This document shows positions 23,361 to 37,100 of a stretch of DNA of 64,000 bases, one piece after another. Where the stretch lies: assembly GCA_051362555.1 (NCBI GenBank), contig CM120642.1, forward strand, positions 10,478,001 to 10,542,000, given 5' to 3'. Numbering within the stretch: position 1 is the first letter of the stretch; every line of letters begins with the position of its first letter. The position numbers were made by a program, and so were the translations under genes. This DNA comes from Lingula anatina. Lineage: Eukaryota; Animalia; Brachiopoda. The notes below the pieces were generated by a model. The model ran no database searches. It saw only the letters and a list, made by a program, of their open reading frames with translations, and was not told the origin of the DNA.

Positions 23361-25287
23361 TACACGCATATTTGGACCTTTTATGACGCATATGCCTATA
23401 TTAAACTTTTTAAGTTTTTTTAATTTATTCAATAATTCTTTTTTAATGTATTCTAAGTTCTCTTTTGAACGAGCTTTTATAGGCCCCTATCCTTAATTTA
23501 GGCAGATCAAGGGAAATCCGTCGAAATAGAAAGTGAACAAAATGAAGTCGTCTGGCTACACTATAGAAGAGGGAAACCAAGGCACGCCATTTGGTTGTAA
23601 GGCCTACATACAGAAAGGAGATGTTGCGGTTTGTATCAAATAAACGCCCTTATTTCTATTTAAAGTTTTCTCCAAAATTCGAGCACCAAAACACACACCA
23701 CCGAAACACAAAGAGAGTCTGTTTAAAGGCGGCCTGGTGCAACTGTTTACCTACTTTTCCAGAAGAACTAAAATAATATTCTAACTCCTGAAATTAGCCC
23801 CAGATTAGCGGCACGGAGCCTCCCCTAGATCGGTGTATTGTACCCTAGGTTCTAGATTCCGGTATTGCCAGCTCGATCTTGATTTCATATATAACCAATG
23901 TCGCAATCACAAGGTATATTTAAGCTAGTTAGCTTTTACGTTGCTCTGACACTCAGGGTAGTGTATTGTCATCTAAAATCAAAAATAAGTCAATCAGGAC
24001 GTATTTCTAAGGAACAGCATAGACTTTGATTATAAGATGGAATACCCTAAATTGTCACAGAAAACAAAAATGATTTTTTCTTTTTTTTAACTTAAAGAAC
24101 GTATGGATGACATAATACTTTTAAAAACAAAATATACATCCATTTCACCAGCAGGGTTTAAATAATATAATTTTTTGCAACAAACTACTAAAAACGCAAA
24201 CGATTTAGTGTTGCCACTGAATATGTATTTAAGACTAATCTATTTCTTGTTTGTGTCGTGATTTATTTAGGATTCTTAGTAAGTTCAGTTTAACAAATTC
24301 ATGTTGAACAATTAATACAATGCAGCGAAGGTTTAACAATTTCTACTCAGTTGAAGTAGACGACCACAATTCCCAATAAAACAATATCCGATTCGGTGAA
24401 ATAAAGCATTTCTAACACTTAACTCATTGATTGTCTATAAATAGAGTTCTACTTGAACCAGAACAGCAGATTTTCATTTTCGCCTGGTCTTCAGTACAAT
24501 GCAAGTCAATATTGTTATGCGTGTATAAGTCAGTAATTCAAATATATGGATAGGATTTTACCCAGTGAATAAATCCACTTGCGACGAAAAGTAGAGATGA
24601 TGGTCACGGGACCGTGGCTTTGTGTACTCAGGAGCGATGACAGAAACGATTAGAAAAGTCAAAAACGGGGCCGCGATGTAAAAAAAATACTTGCAATGTG
24701 ATTGTATTTTCAAAGCTTTTGCATCTTCCATTTAATTCGTGTGGTTTTAAGAATCAATTGAGCCTTAAACCACCTTTCATCAATCCAGTAACTTGTTACA
24801 CCAGTAAATAAATACAAGCAGCTTTATTCTGAACAAATCCATGTACACTTCGAGCAATCTACACTATCGCTTTTCTCGTACTTCGGACTGTTTATTTTTC
24901 AAAATAGGTGGCAGTTTTGTGTCATTCTCCTTTAAAGACATCTTTAACTTGACCCATCCCTGCCATTTCCGCCTTGTGTAAAAATACATCTTTTTTAAAA
25001 AGTATTTTTGTGATTTATTTAAACTTCAATTTGACCCCGACTATTTTAGGTCGCATGTTTCAGTACTTTTTGTCAGAGTAGCGCACTTATATACAAATGC
25101 ACATAGATTACTCCTACTATATTGGCTTTGTGGCACCTGACCAATAAACAATGATCCGGGTTCACAAACACTCCGACGACCTAGAGGAACAGGTAAACAT
25201 AGTAAGCGTTGCCAGTGACATCCTCAGGTGTCAGGGACTTGCGAAATACGGTGCAAACAAGAAAGTGAAGTTCTTGAAGTGGTCACC

Positions 25288-25353
25288 AGTCGCTGGCAGT
25301 TTTATTTACATTATTTCTCTCCCACGCCCGGCCGCCAGTCTTGCACATCACAG
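25288..25353 (+). other. Candidate non-coding first exon of the ABCA gene
   Basis: GC-rich stretch ending in a strong donor CAG|GTAAGA; a pyrimidine-rich acceptor CTCTTCTCCTTTCTGCAG ends at 28123, 30 nt before the ABCA ATG. Confidence 0.4.
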
Positions 25354-28152
25354 GTAAGAGGATGACAATTAATGAGTAAGTTAATTGATAAGAATATGTT
25401 AAAATAATGTTTTGACTGTACAGGACAATGACAAGTCGGTCGCCGTTCTAACCGCTACTAGGGTTGTAAGAGAAACGTTATTATGCAATATCATAAAAAT
25501 GCGTTGCGTTAAAAAGAATTTTCCATGGTACATTTTTAGATACACGTTTAGTCAAAAAAAATTTAATTAGTTCAGTTACAGCTGCATTGCATTACTTGAT
25601 TCATCAGTCTATACTCCAGATGCTATTTTGATGATCGTAGTTCGAGGTAGTTTATCAGCATATGGCGAATTGTGTGCTGGTATCAATTAAAAAAAGTCCG
25701 TTTACTATAGAATAACACATCAAAAGATGAGATAACGCATGGCAACTGACAAGAATATTTAAGGCGATATTTTATAAAACATATAAAATCATCAGTTGTT
25801 TAAAAGTACTGAAATATAAGATAACGCATGGAAATCTCTAAAAAAAGAAAGGTGGGAACAGTCTGGAAGAATGCTATGGGTACAGTATTGAATACTACTA
25901 GGACGTAAGTATAAATATACGGTAAATTTGTCATTGGGTATTTAGATACATATGATGGATTTCTATCAAAATCCGTTACACAGGATATTTCATGCCGCAT
26001 TTCCCCTCCCTTCCAATAACAGGGGTTTGTATTATTTGATACAAAATTTAATCAATTCATTCTATTTTGCAACAGACTACAGAGAGCCCTGTAGTCGGAG
26101 GGGAACCTCTTCTCATGTTTTAGATTACATACGTCGCACTTTTTTTTCTTTATCACAAATGAAATGTATATTTGGTATCTCTGCTGCTTTAAAATAGGTA
26201 GCTGACTGACTGAAAAATGTAAATTAGAATCCCGTGGCATTGCAACATGGATATAAGCTTCAGGATGCAAACTATTATTTATTCATTTTTTGATTTCATT
26301 TTTTTTTTTTTTACCAAATTAGTGCTATTTTTGATGCGGACTGGTATTATGCTATATTTCAGTAACGATTGCGAAATAAATACCCGTGATCTTATTATAC
26401 TCCACTGTCTGGCGTAGCTTTTATTTCCAGTTAACTGATATTGCGAAATTCCCGTTGCGCAATGACCTGGGCGACCTGAAATTGCAGCTTTGAGCGTTAA
26501 ATGCCTGCTTTGTACCTGTATTTCTCTCCGCAAACGCTGACGAACTCCCTACGGGGTATTATCAAAAGATTTTTCTTTTGAATATTGTATATTTCTTTCC
26601 GATCCAGTCGTTAGTATAATTGAAACAGCATACGCTTCAAACAATTTTAGAAACGCTCCAGGTCGTCTTGGATTCGATCCCTGATGTTCTCAATTAAATC
26701 GCCTCTATAAAACCTGTAAAGTATTTCATAGCACATGATATTTGCATGTGTATACATAGATTTTGTTTTGTATATTTCAAAATTATTTGACATTTAGGTG
26801 AAAACGCCACTGACATACAAAGACAAATGAAAATATTAAGATGAATCTTGATAAATTCTCATATAAGAAACGTAATGTGTTAAAACTAAATATTTAGTTA
26901 AATAATATTCAGTTTTATTTTGTTCGGAACCTTAGAGCAATATAAGTTTGCCGGGCGAAAATGATATAGGAATGTCCAGGATTGACAAAATTTTGTTGAA
27001 TAATTCCTTTTTCTGAACATCTTTTTTTTTCAAAAGACTAATGGATGTGTACAATTAAGCTACCGATTATACTCCTAAGGATTTTTACATTCATCCAACA
27101 TTATAGCAGTGTGCTTTGGCGTAGGTTGATTGTGACCAAGCGGTGACCAAAGGAAAGAATATCAGCAGAAAATATTCACCTTAAACAAACTACATCAATG
27201 CATTTACACATGTACTAAGTATCCTTATCATTGCATTAATTTTTCATGATTAAATCTAATTATATTAAAATTTATAATTTAATGGCAACGTGGTTGTTTG
27301 TAGGTTGTGCCAATAAAAAAGAAAAAAAACGAAAACTATCGAAAATTGTCTCTTATAAACCGAGTTACTGACCATCAGATTCGAATTCAAAACCCAAGAA
27401 ATTCTTACAAACATTTATCTAAAACCGTCTTGCTTCCGTAGGCCAACTGTAATATAGATTTGCCTTCTTACTGTACGTAAAAGTGCAATTTACGAGTTAT
27501 TCCGTGAAGGGGATATAACAAGTCCTTGGGCATACACACAGGCCATCCACAACACATAGATAATACCAACATTTACAACAAAGTGATTTCCAAACTGATT
27601 AATTAATTAATTAATTGTAAATAACAGACTTGCCAATGTAAGGATATTCTGATACAAAATCTGACAAAAATTATTGTACCATTATATCTGCAACTGTTGA
27701 TATTTGCATTCTCTCGTTATTCTCTTGCGTATCTTTTGCCAGTTAGCTTGTTTTCGTCCTCAATAATTAAGCTAAATTGTCGAAGTCAAGTGCTACAAAA
27801 TATGAGTAGCTTTCCGCAAAATAATAGTGAAAAAAAAACATGAAACTGATAATTGTTCAACTGTTCAGAAAAAGTAAGAAATTAAATTTCAGAAACACAG
27901 GCGAAGGGATATCTTTCATTGCGTTTTCCCGACAGTGAAAGTCAACTACCGGGTACATGTACATGTGCATTTGCAGCATGGGGAGATATATTTTGACTGT
28001 CCTTTTTTCTGTTAATTATCTGGTTTTAATTTACGTTTCATTGTTATCACTGTTATTGGATGGATTGTGAATGATAAATATAAAAAATATACACAATTAT
28101 GAGACTCTCTTCTCCTTTCTGCAGTCAATTTTAATCACTGAGTGCGACACGC

Positions 28153-31100
28153 ATGGGAATAGCGGGCCAGTTAGGTTTGCTCTTACTCAAGGGGTTAACA
28201 CAGCAGCTTAGATATGCGGTAAGTCAAAAGTATAAAGAAGGAAAGGAAATCTGAAACCTTTTATCTGAAATTCTAACTGTCTAACTTTTGATTCAGGAGA
28301 GAGAGAAAGAGGAGGAGGGACAATGTCTGGTAATTAGAACGCAGTATTTCGTAAACGAAACCAAATTGATAATTATGTGTACAGAATCATGAGTAGTCTT
28401 TATTCATAATCATCTTACATTTTGTTATTAATATCTTATCATGGACAAAATTAATTTCCCTTTTCAGGTTGTTCTAGGAGTGAAGGTGGCATGGCCGCTC
28501 GCCATCTTTACAGCGGTGGTGGTGGTGAGGGTCTCTGTGCCCCCGGAAGAGAAGACAAATTGTAAGTCACCTCGTCGAAGGTTTTCAACAGTTTTTTTTT
28601 CGTGTTATTGCATGCGCCATAGCAGGAAATTTTCACACAAAGTGTCAACACGACCATAACGTAAAAAAAAAAATTATCATTATTAGGGTCTTATCTACCA
28701 ATATAAAAAACTCCCTCATCCAAATAAATACATGCTTATTGACATATAAAGAAATAGAACTTATATAAATGATTAAAATATAAACAAATACGAAAAAAAA
28801 AGATTAAATGAAAAAAATGTTATGTTGAAAATCGGCTTTCGACATTGGCACAATTCCACCAGAGGATAAACTGCACATTTTCCGAATAACAATAAGTTTT
28901 CAGCGTAAGTTTATTCATGATAAGTTTCAGGGAATATGTATTTTAGTTTTGGGGTCTAGAAGTACTTAGAAAATCCTTTGATTCTTCTTTATTGTAAAAC
29001 GGATGCCCCATAAAATATAATTTTATAACATGTCAAAGTCCAAGGGGACGCGGGAAATGTCAAAGGTGCCGCTGGAAGGGTGTCATAGGGGGATTTACAT
29101 AAATTATATGAGTGGGTTCGTTATTCAAATAGAAGAAGCATTTGAACAGCTCTTCTTTCACGATTTTTGAGGCTAGGGAAAGTGGATATCAAATCAGTTT
29201 TTATATTTTTATATGTTGAATATATTTAAAAAAATGAAAATAAATCGAATCAAAGATATTTGTTGATTTTCCACTGATGTAGCTATCTTCAAAAATAAAC
29301 TTTACCATTGATCAGTCACATGTTGGCCAAAAGCTAACAAAGCATGTGTTTTTACTGCTTATAGTCGAAGAATCCCTCATTGTTGTAGGCTACAATTATC
29401 AAAATATGTGCCATTTATAACTAATGTTATCATTTATTTCTTTACTATTTTCAGGTAACTATACTGTTTATTCCCTTCCAAACTCTGGTGGCCTGAGTTT
29501 TGTGCAGTCATTTGTCTGCAATATCAACAACACGTGTGCCAATGAAGAGACTGCGGCGGATAACACGGCGGCTGCGGGCACCGCTTCAGCTAGGTAGGCA
29601 TGTGAAAAAATTCCATAAACATATTAACGTTGTTTCGTGTAGGCCTAAACAAAGGGAAATTGATCGATAGGTGTGCATAAACATTTTGCTTGCTTTCCTT
29701 AGACATGTCATCGCCTACCTGTTTTTTTTTTTTTTTTTTGAGGGGGGGGGCGTCTGTTTTTTTCTACCGTTGATAAACCTCTTTTAAGAATGACAAAATT
29801 AACACTGTAACAGGCTTTGTCCTAGCCCCTTTTCACATCATGTGCTCCTTTAATCTGAATCGAAACATTTAGGGTGCGTTCACAGTGAAACTATTGTACT
29901 AGGTAGTTCGAACTAACACCGCCGGCACACTGGTTGAGTAGGCCTACAGTCAGCATGAGTCAGGTTAAAATTAAGGTTAACTAATCCGTTTAACTGGCCG
30001 TGTCGAGCCTGCCCCCCCCTCCTCCGGTTTCCGTTTAAATGACTCTGTTGCGTAATAGCAGGGTTATTATTTTATCTCTAAAAGCTACAGTCGATACAAA
30101 AAGGCTAGACGATATAAAAAGGCTAGCTATTTAAAGAAATGTAGGGCCTACTTGTACCGACTTATAAACAGATGCCAAACAAAATCCGTCCATTAACCTT
30201 TGTGTAATGCTGTACACAGACAAACAAACGGTAACGAAAATATAATCTCATTGTTATGTATACCAGTTTTTATGTAGATATGATTTGAACGTGTACAGCG
30301 ATAGCTAGGCCCTCGACCATGGGCCTGGCACAGCTAATGCAGCTGCACCGAGCGTGTTATGAGGTTGTGTTCTTCAGGTTGTCCACGCTGTTCGCAGAAA
30401 TGGAGCCGTTGCTAAATGACAGCCGGACACGTAGTGTCCTCAATGGGCTCCCACAGACAGCAACGCTTATCAAGGCCCTGGCCACAACGCTGGAGACACC
30501 AGAAGTGCAGGAGTTTCTAGGTTTGTGATTTGGCGTAAATTTTGCACTGAAGTGGTGGGGTACCACAGTTGTGCATTGTAGGCTACTGGTAAGCAGATAA
30601 GAAGCAGATAGCTTGAAGCTGTAGTCGAACAAGGCTGGTCGGTCAGTGCTTGGACATAATAACGGTCAGTGCTAGTTACAAGTATATATGTGCTTTGTCG
30701 TTTTCATGCTTAAAATAAAGGACTCTGAGTTTCTGTCCATAGTCTTAGACATCAGTAATTCAGAGATGTTTGATAGACGATTTTGTTTATGTTTATTCCA
30801 GGGAAAAATTGGACAGTGGCAGAGCTGTTTCGAAACCCTGATGAAGTGAAATCCTATCTAGTGACACAGCTAGGAGTGCTCCCAGATTATGTGGTGGATA
30901 ACATATTGGCTGCTACACTAAACATGACAGGGGTATGTATACATTGGGTGTCTATCATTCAGTGTACAAATTTTTGGGTACTACCTGTACGTTATAGCTG
31001 GCACATTTGGGATTTTAAGATGGGTCAGTGTGGATGCATAATTCCCAAATGAGAGATTGTCATATTTTCAGCAGGGTTTATGAAAAGAAGATATTTAGGC

Positions 31101-34100
31101 TTCGTTCACATGCAATGTCTATTTTCTATTTTCTATAGATTTTCTATTTTCGGTATGTCTTATGATCACGGTCTGTGCACTGAATATCCCGCCGCGTAAT
31201 TACTGGCAGCGCGAGCCAGTTACTTATAGTAACTTATAGTAACTGGCTCGCGCTGGCAGTAATTACGCCGCGGGATATTCAGTGCACAGACCGTGATCAT
31301 AAGACATACCAAAAATAGAAAATAGAAAATAGAAAATAGACATTGCATGTGAACGAAGCCTAAATTGTTTTCAAGATTTAGTATAGAGATGATAAAAAAC
31401 TTAAACTAAGTAACTATAGTGTTACATTCAGATTTATGAAATACAAGTAGGTGAAATGAAATCTGACTGCAATTTTAAATTAAAATTAAATAGAATCTAA
31501 CATATGTTGGATCATAGATTTAATTATGTGCTTCAAATTTTTTATTTTTCTGTAATTATTGAATATGTTTCCTTTCATTTTTTGGTCTTCAGCTGTATAA
31601 TCTGACTGGCAGCATCAACTTCAAGAGCATTGTGTGTGGTACAGACATGTTGAAGAAATATCTTGTCTTCAGTTCTGCTGTAGATGTCTCCGCTGTGTCC
31701 TCTAGTTTATGTGGCATACAAGATGATCTCATTCCTGTCATTGTGAATAAACTACAGACAGAAATTGATGTTGCAGAAATTGTCAGAATAGTAAGTATAA
31801 TTTCCAGAAACTGGAAGGCTGAGAGCCAATGTCATAAAATCTACTTCAAGAACAGATGCATTAATTGATACACTGACCAGGTATTGCTAGATGAAATTTG
31901 GTCTTCTTTTGATAACTTATTAATCTATCATTATAGTTCGATAGCAAAAATTTTGTAAAGTTTAGTTACTATCTTATACATATTTGAGACTGTTGACATA
32001 TATTTTCATTCAGCTTTGCAATATGAAAATATACATCATGTGTATTTATACTCATTATGGAATAGTCTCTAATTATTAATTTATGATCAACTTCTAATAA
32101 AATATTTGCTGTAAATGTAATTCTCCATTCAGGCTGCAGTGTTCAGTGATCTGTATGGAGAGTATACACTGGGAAAGAGCCTGAGAGATGTTGCCACAAT
32201 GATTGACACAGTGCTCCAGTTGGCCTCACTTCAGCCTTGGAACAGTGTTACGGAGTCTGACCTCCAGGCGGCGTCACTGTGGCTCAAGGCAGCCTCAAGT
32301 GTTGTCAGGTCTCTGGAGACTTCCCAGACACTGGATTTTACAAGGTCTGTTACAATTTCAGTACAAAGATGTATTTTTTAATTAAAAAAAACCTGTGAAA
32401 ATGTGAATGTGATGTGAAAATTTCATGATTTTTTTATGTACTAGAAAATATAGACAAATAATTGGTGTGGGAAGAATATTTTCATTTGTTTATGAGGAAT
32501 TAGAAACCGTTCTGTTTTACATGATTGCTGTAGATTTGATTTTTGCATGTATAAGTATTCATGAAAGTATTTTAAAATAAACATTATTGCAGTAAGTTGT
32601 CAAGTTTTCTAATATCAAGGGAATCCATTCCATATAATTTCCACATTTCTTGCTCACAACAAGAAACATATCAGTTTTTTTTTTCAGCCTGATAATCTCT
32701 CTGGCTATTTACTTGTGTTGTAATGATATATTTATATTTATAGCATCTCAGCCCTGTTAACGGCAGGAAGCTCTCACATTCAAAACAGCAGCTGGAGTTC
32801 ACTTGGTCCCATGGTCAATGTAGCAAACTTAATGATTGTCACTTTTAATGACCAACTGGACAGTATGAAAGGTACTGTAATAATATTGCAATTTTATACA
32901 GAAAGGTTAATGATATTCATATTTTCATTTTTATATGCATTTAAAATTACTACACAAAAGAATACCTATTTTTGATAACTGTATATATATGATATAATGA
33001 GCAGCACTTTATCTTTGAGATTGCCCATTTGTTTAATTTCATATAACAGCATGACTATCTGATGTAAATCAGTATTTATTTATGAAATTCTTAACATTGA
33101 AGGTGTACAGTGTTAAACTGATGGGTTTCTTTCTGTCTAGCTATGTACAACAGTTCCTCCATGTTTGGCAAGTTAATGAATTATACCATCATGTATGGGC
33201 CAGACTACATTGAAGCTATGGCAGTTACTATGCTGGATGAGCAAAAGGTACTAGTAGTAATATGTATTTATATATGATTATTTAGTATACAAATGTATGA
33301 ATAAAAATTGTAAAAATGCAAAGAATATACTCATACAAGAGGCAATTTAGCAATGATGCATTGTGCCATAGTCACAATACTGACGAACAAGCAGAACATT
33401 TGCTATTTTATGATTAAGCAGTTGTAACTGTGTATTTGTATGTATGTATGCAAAATGCATCGTACATTTGCACATATGGTATGTGCATTATAAGTTACGA
33501 TTTCATTCAGACTTATTTATACATTTGGAAAGATGAAGGTTTTGATCTTGGATATTTACTACCTGTCTCATTGAATCTTACACTCAGGTTATGAAGTTGT
33601 AGATGCTTTAAAGAATTTGGTGCCACTGTGAATTAGGAGTGCTATAAATATATTGCAGTTGCTGTAACTTTTCTTAATATTTGACATTTTTTATGTACTT
33701 AAAATTTTCCAGCTTACCCAACTAAGCTTAAATGCAGACATGATTGGGCTGTTCTGTAACTACACAGAGTTTGTGAAGTACTTCAGTCTGCCGTCTTATG
33801 TACCTGTGTCACAAATTCACACAGAGGTCTGCACCAACATGGCCGCCCTCAGTGCTCATATGACAGCTGCTATGGGTGGGAATTGGGCTACAGCTATGGC
33901 ACAGGTGATATAATCTGTTCTGATGCACAAATATCTCTAATGTTTGAAACATTGCTTATACTACTAGCTGTAAATAATATAATGGCGTTATATATTTTGT
34001 AAGTTATATCATACCTACAGTGTATGTATGAAAACACTTTGGCAACTGTATGGCAGTGGTGGGATCTTGAATATGTGCAGAAAAAAGTACTAGTGGATTT

Positions 34101-37100
34101 TTCAATAATGCTTTTAAATTTTTTTGTCCTCTTAGTTTCACACAGCACTTAACAGCACAGCCAGTTCAGCTGATCTCCAGACCACCCTGAACAATGGGAA
34201 ACAACTACAGAGCAATCTAGAGAGCTTCCTCACTGTGCAGTCTGAAACAATGGCACATTTACAGAAGGTCAACTGGACAAGATTCTTGGAAGCTTTTGGA
34301 AAATATGATGCTGCAGTGAAGACCCTCATGAATTCATATATGAATGAGTATGAATAAAATTGTGTAGTCATATACCTTAATAAATGATATTTTTACCTCC
34401 TCCCCCCCCCCCCCCCCCCAAGAAAAAATAATGATGAAATGACAAAAAAGTGAAAGAAGCGTTTTGAAGACCTAGTTTTGCCATAGATTTTTATGCTAGA
34501 ATGAGCCCAATATTTCTTTGGATTAAACCATAAAAATAAGGACACATTTCCTTTCATTTTTGAGAGCTCAGTGCTGGTATCACTATCAGTTTTGATGCTC
34601 GTCTTTTAAGATTGCTTGCATGGATAAACATTAAGTTGTTAGGTTGAATACAGAGAAGTAGACTACTTTTTCTCCAGGGCAGAAATTTCAGCAAATTTTC
34701 AAATGATAAGTTAGGCATTAAATGTCCAATTTTGTGTGGTTCTGGTTTTATTACCTTAATTATGTATTTGGCCATTCCAGTTCTTCCAGCTACAATCAGT
34801 ATATGTATAACATGCTGAGTGCAATGGATGCCAGGATGGACCAGAACAACACTCACTGGCAGATGATGAAGATGAACATGTTTATAACAGATCATGTCAT
34901 ACAACACATGAATCAGCAGCTTCTGAGACAGCAGGGTATGTGCTATATGTAGAATATGTGCTTGCTGTTATATTTTGTTTGTGATATACTATACATGCTG
35001 TACATCATTGTTACAGTGGTGACATTAAACTGAATAATATTTTTTCTGGTAATGGTGTATTATTCATTGTTTAATATTCCTCAGGCTTAGGCAACAATGT
35101 ATGGCTGTTTAGATTTATACAAAAAACACAATATATCATATCCTATTTAGTAACATTTATATTATTTTTAAGTTAGTTGTTTAGAAGACTTTTTATATAG
35201 AAAAATATTAATGATTTCAGCCATGTATAGTCAGAGCACAGCTATTTTCCAACTGGTCAATCATACACTGACTCATGGAGTGGACATTATCCCAGCACTG
35301 GTCACTGCCATGATGGACACACAAAAGGTGGCTTGAGTTATGACCCGGTTGTATTTAAGACTATGAAATATTGAATATGCTTGACTTGATGATAATGACA
35401 ATAGTAATAGATTATAATGATGAAGCTTGCAACAAAAATTTGGTGCAACTTAAAATGATGAAAAGATCATAAGATAAATTTACTTAAAATACAATAAGAT
35501 ATGTAAGACCTCAGATGAAATGGTAGATTAAATTTTTTAACAATAAAATAAATAATCATTATATTACTGATTATAACATTCAGACTTTATGAAATTCCCT
35601 GTAGAGATTTCAAAGTATAAGGTTTGCAAAGCTGTGAAATTGATGTCAGTTAAAATTAAATATTGTTTTCTGTCCTCTTCTAGGTTCTCAACCTGACGTC
35701 ATTCACAGATCCACTTGCATTGATTTGTAATCCCAGCATGCTTCAGTCCATTTTGGCCCTACCTTCATCTGTGCCAGTCACGGAGATGACATCACTGATA
35801 TGCACCAATGTCACCACCATCATAGCACAGATTACTGCTGATGTTGGAACAATGACACAGGTAAGGAGTGTGATAAATTGTTTATCTGTCCTTTCATTTT
35901 CTTAAGAACAAAAGAAGCATTGTATTCGATACAAAGTCTGCAAGTATTATTATTGTTATAGAGCTGCGAGTCATTTTTGTAAAACAGTTCTTGGCAGCAT
36001 AATTTGCTATCTGCTATAATTAAACCAGTTTACAATCATTATTATCTTGGTTTTATTCTGATATATATTCACTGTTTTAATAATTCAGCACTTTTTACGT
36101 TTTTTTTTTCATGAAGTGGGGTCAAAACCTGACGGCTCTCCTGAATGACACCTCTGCCATGTCCAGCTTCAACTTCACTCACCTGTCCATTCATTCCACC
36201 GAGTTACAGACCAACATGATGACCTTTCAGCAGAGTGTGGCAGCAGACATCAGCCGTCTGATGACTCCTGGCAGTATTAGTGTCAACTGGACACAAGTGA
36301 CAGAAAAATTGGGGTCTTTTGGTGCCACTCTTCAGACTATGTTTACTTCAATGGGGAATGAGTATGTTCCAATATTTCCATTTTTAGTGTTATAGTTTAG
36401 TCATAATATCAAGTTGTGCATATTTGAATGAAAAGGCTTATTTAAGTAAGATACACAGCAGTAGAAAAAGTCATATTAAAATTAATTGAAATGTTAATCT
36501 TACTAATACTGATGCTTTAAATTAAATTGAATGGCACTTTTTTGATGATGAGTTTATTAATGAAAGATCGATTTTTATGTTTACCACTTTGTTTTCATCC
36601 AGTTGCTTTCTCATTCTGTACCCATATTATTCCACTTGTATTTTACATTTATTTTCCCATATTTTAGTCCATCATCAATCACGGCAATGCTGGAAACCCT
36701 GGATGCAGCCTTAGTGAATGTGACATCTTGGAGAACTGTCAAACTTTACATGTCCATCATGAACACAGCAGTGACAGCTGTAAACACAGACATGCAGAAT
36801 GCATTAGGTGTGTGCTTATCATTGTGCTGTGTGTGTATATTTATGCCTCAAAAAACACATCCGCATGTATGTGCAAGTAAGAAAAATTAGATAAAGAAAT
36901 GTGCTTGTATGTTGAGAAAGAGAGGGTGGGAAGGATAGAGATGGAAGTTTGAAATTGACTTAATTATCTGCCAGTCATAAACCTTCAGTTAAAGCAGAAT
37001 TCATATTTCTAGAAAGTCTGTTAGGATACAGAGTGTTTGATTAACACTATTTCACCAATTAAAAATTTAATCGTGCATGAAACTAGTCACTTTGCATACT

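Noticed and set aside
26600-26690. B-box-like GGATTCGATCCC suggesting a tRNA or SINE
   Set aside because: No cloverleaf or convincing A-box spacing, and no second copy in the window.
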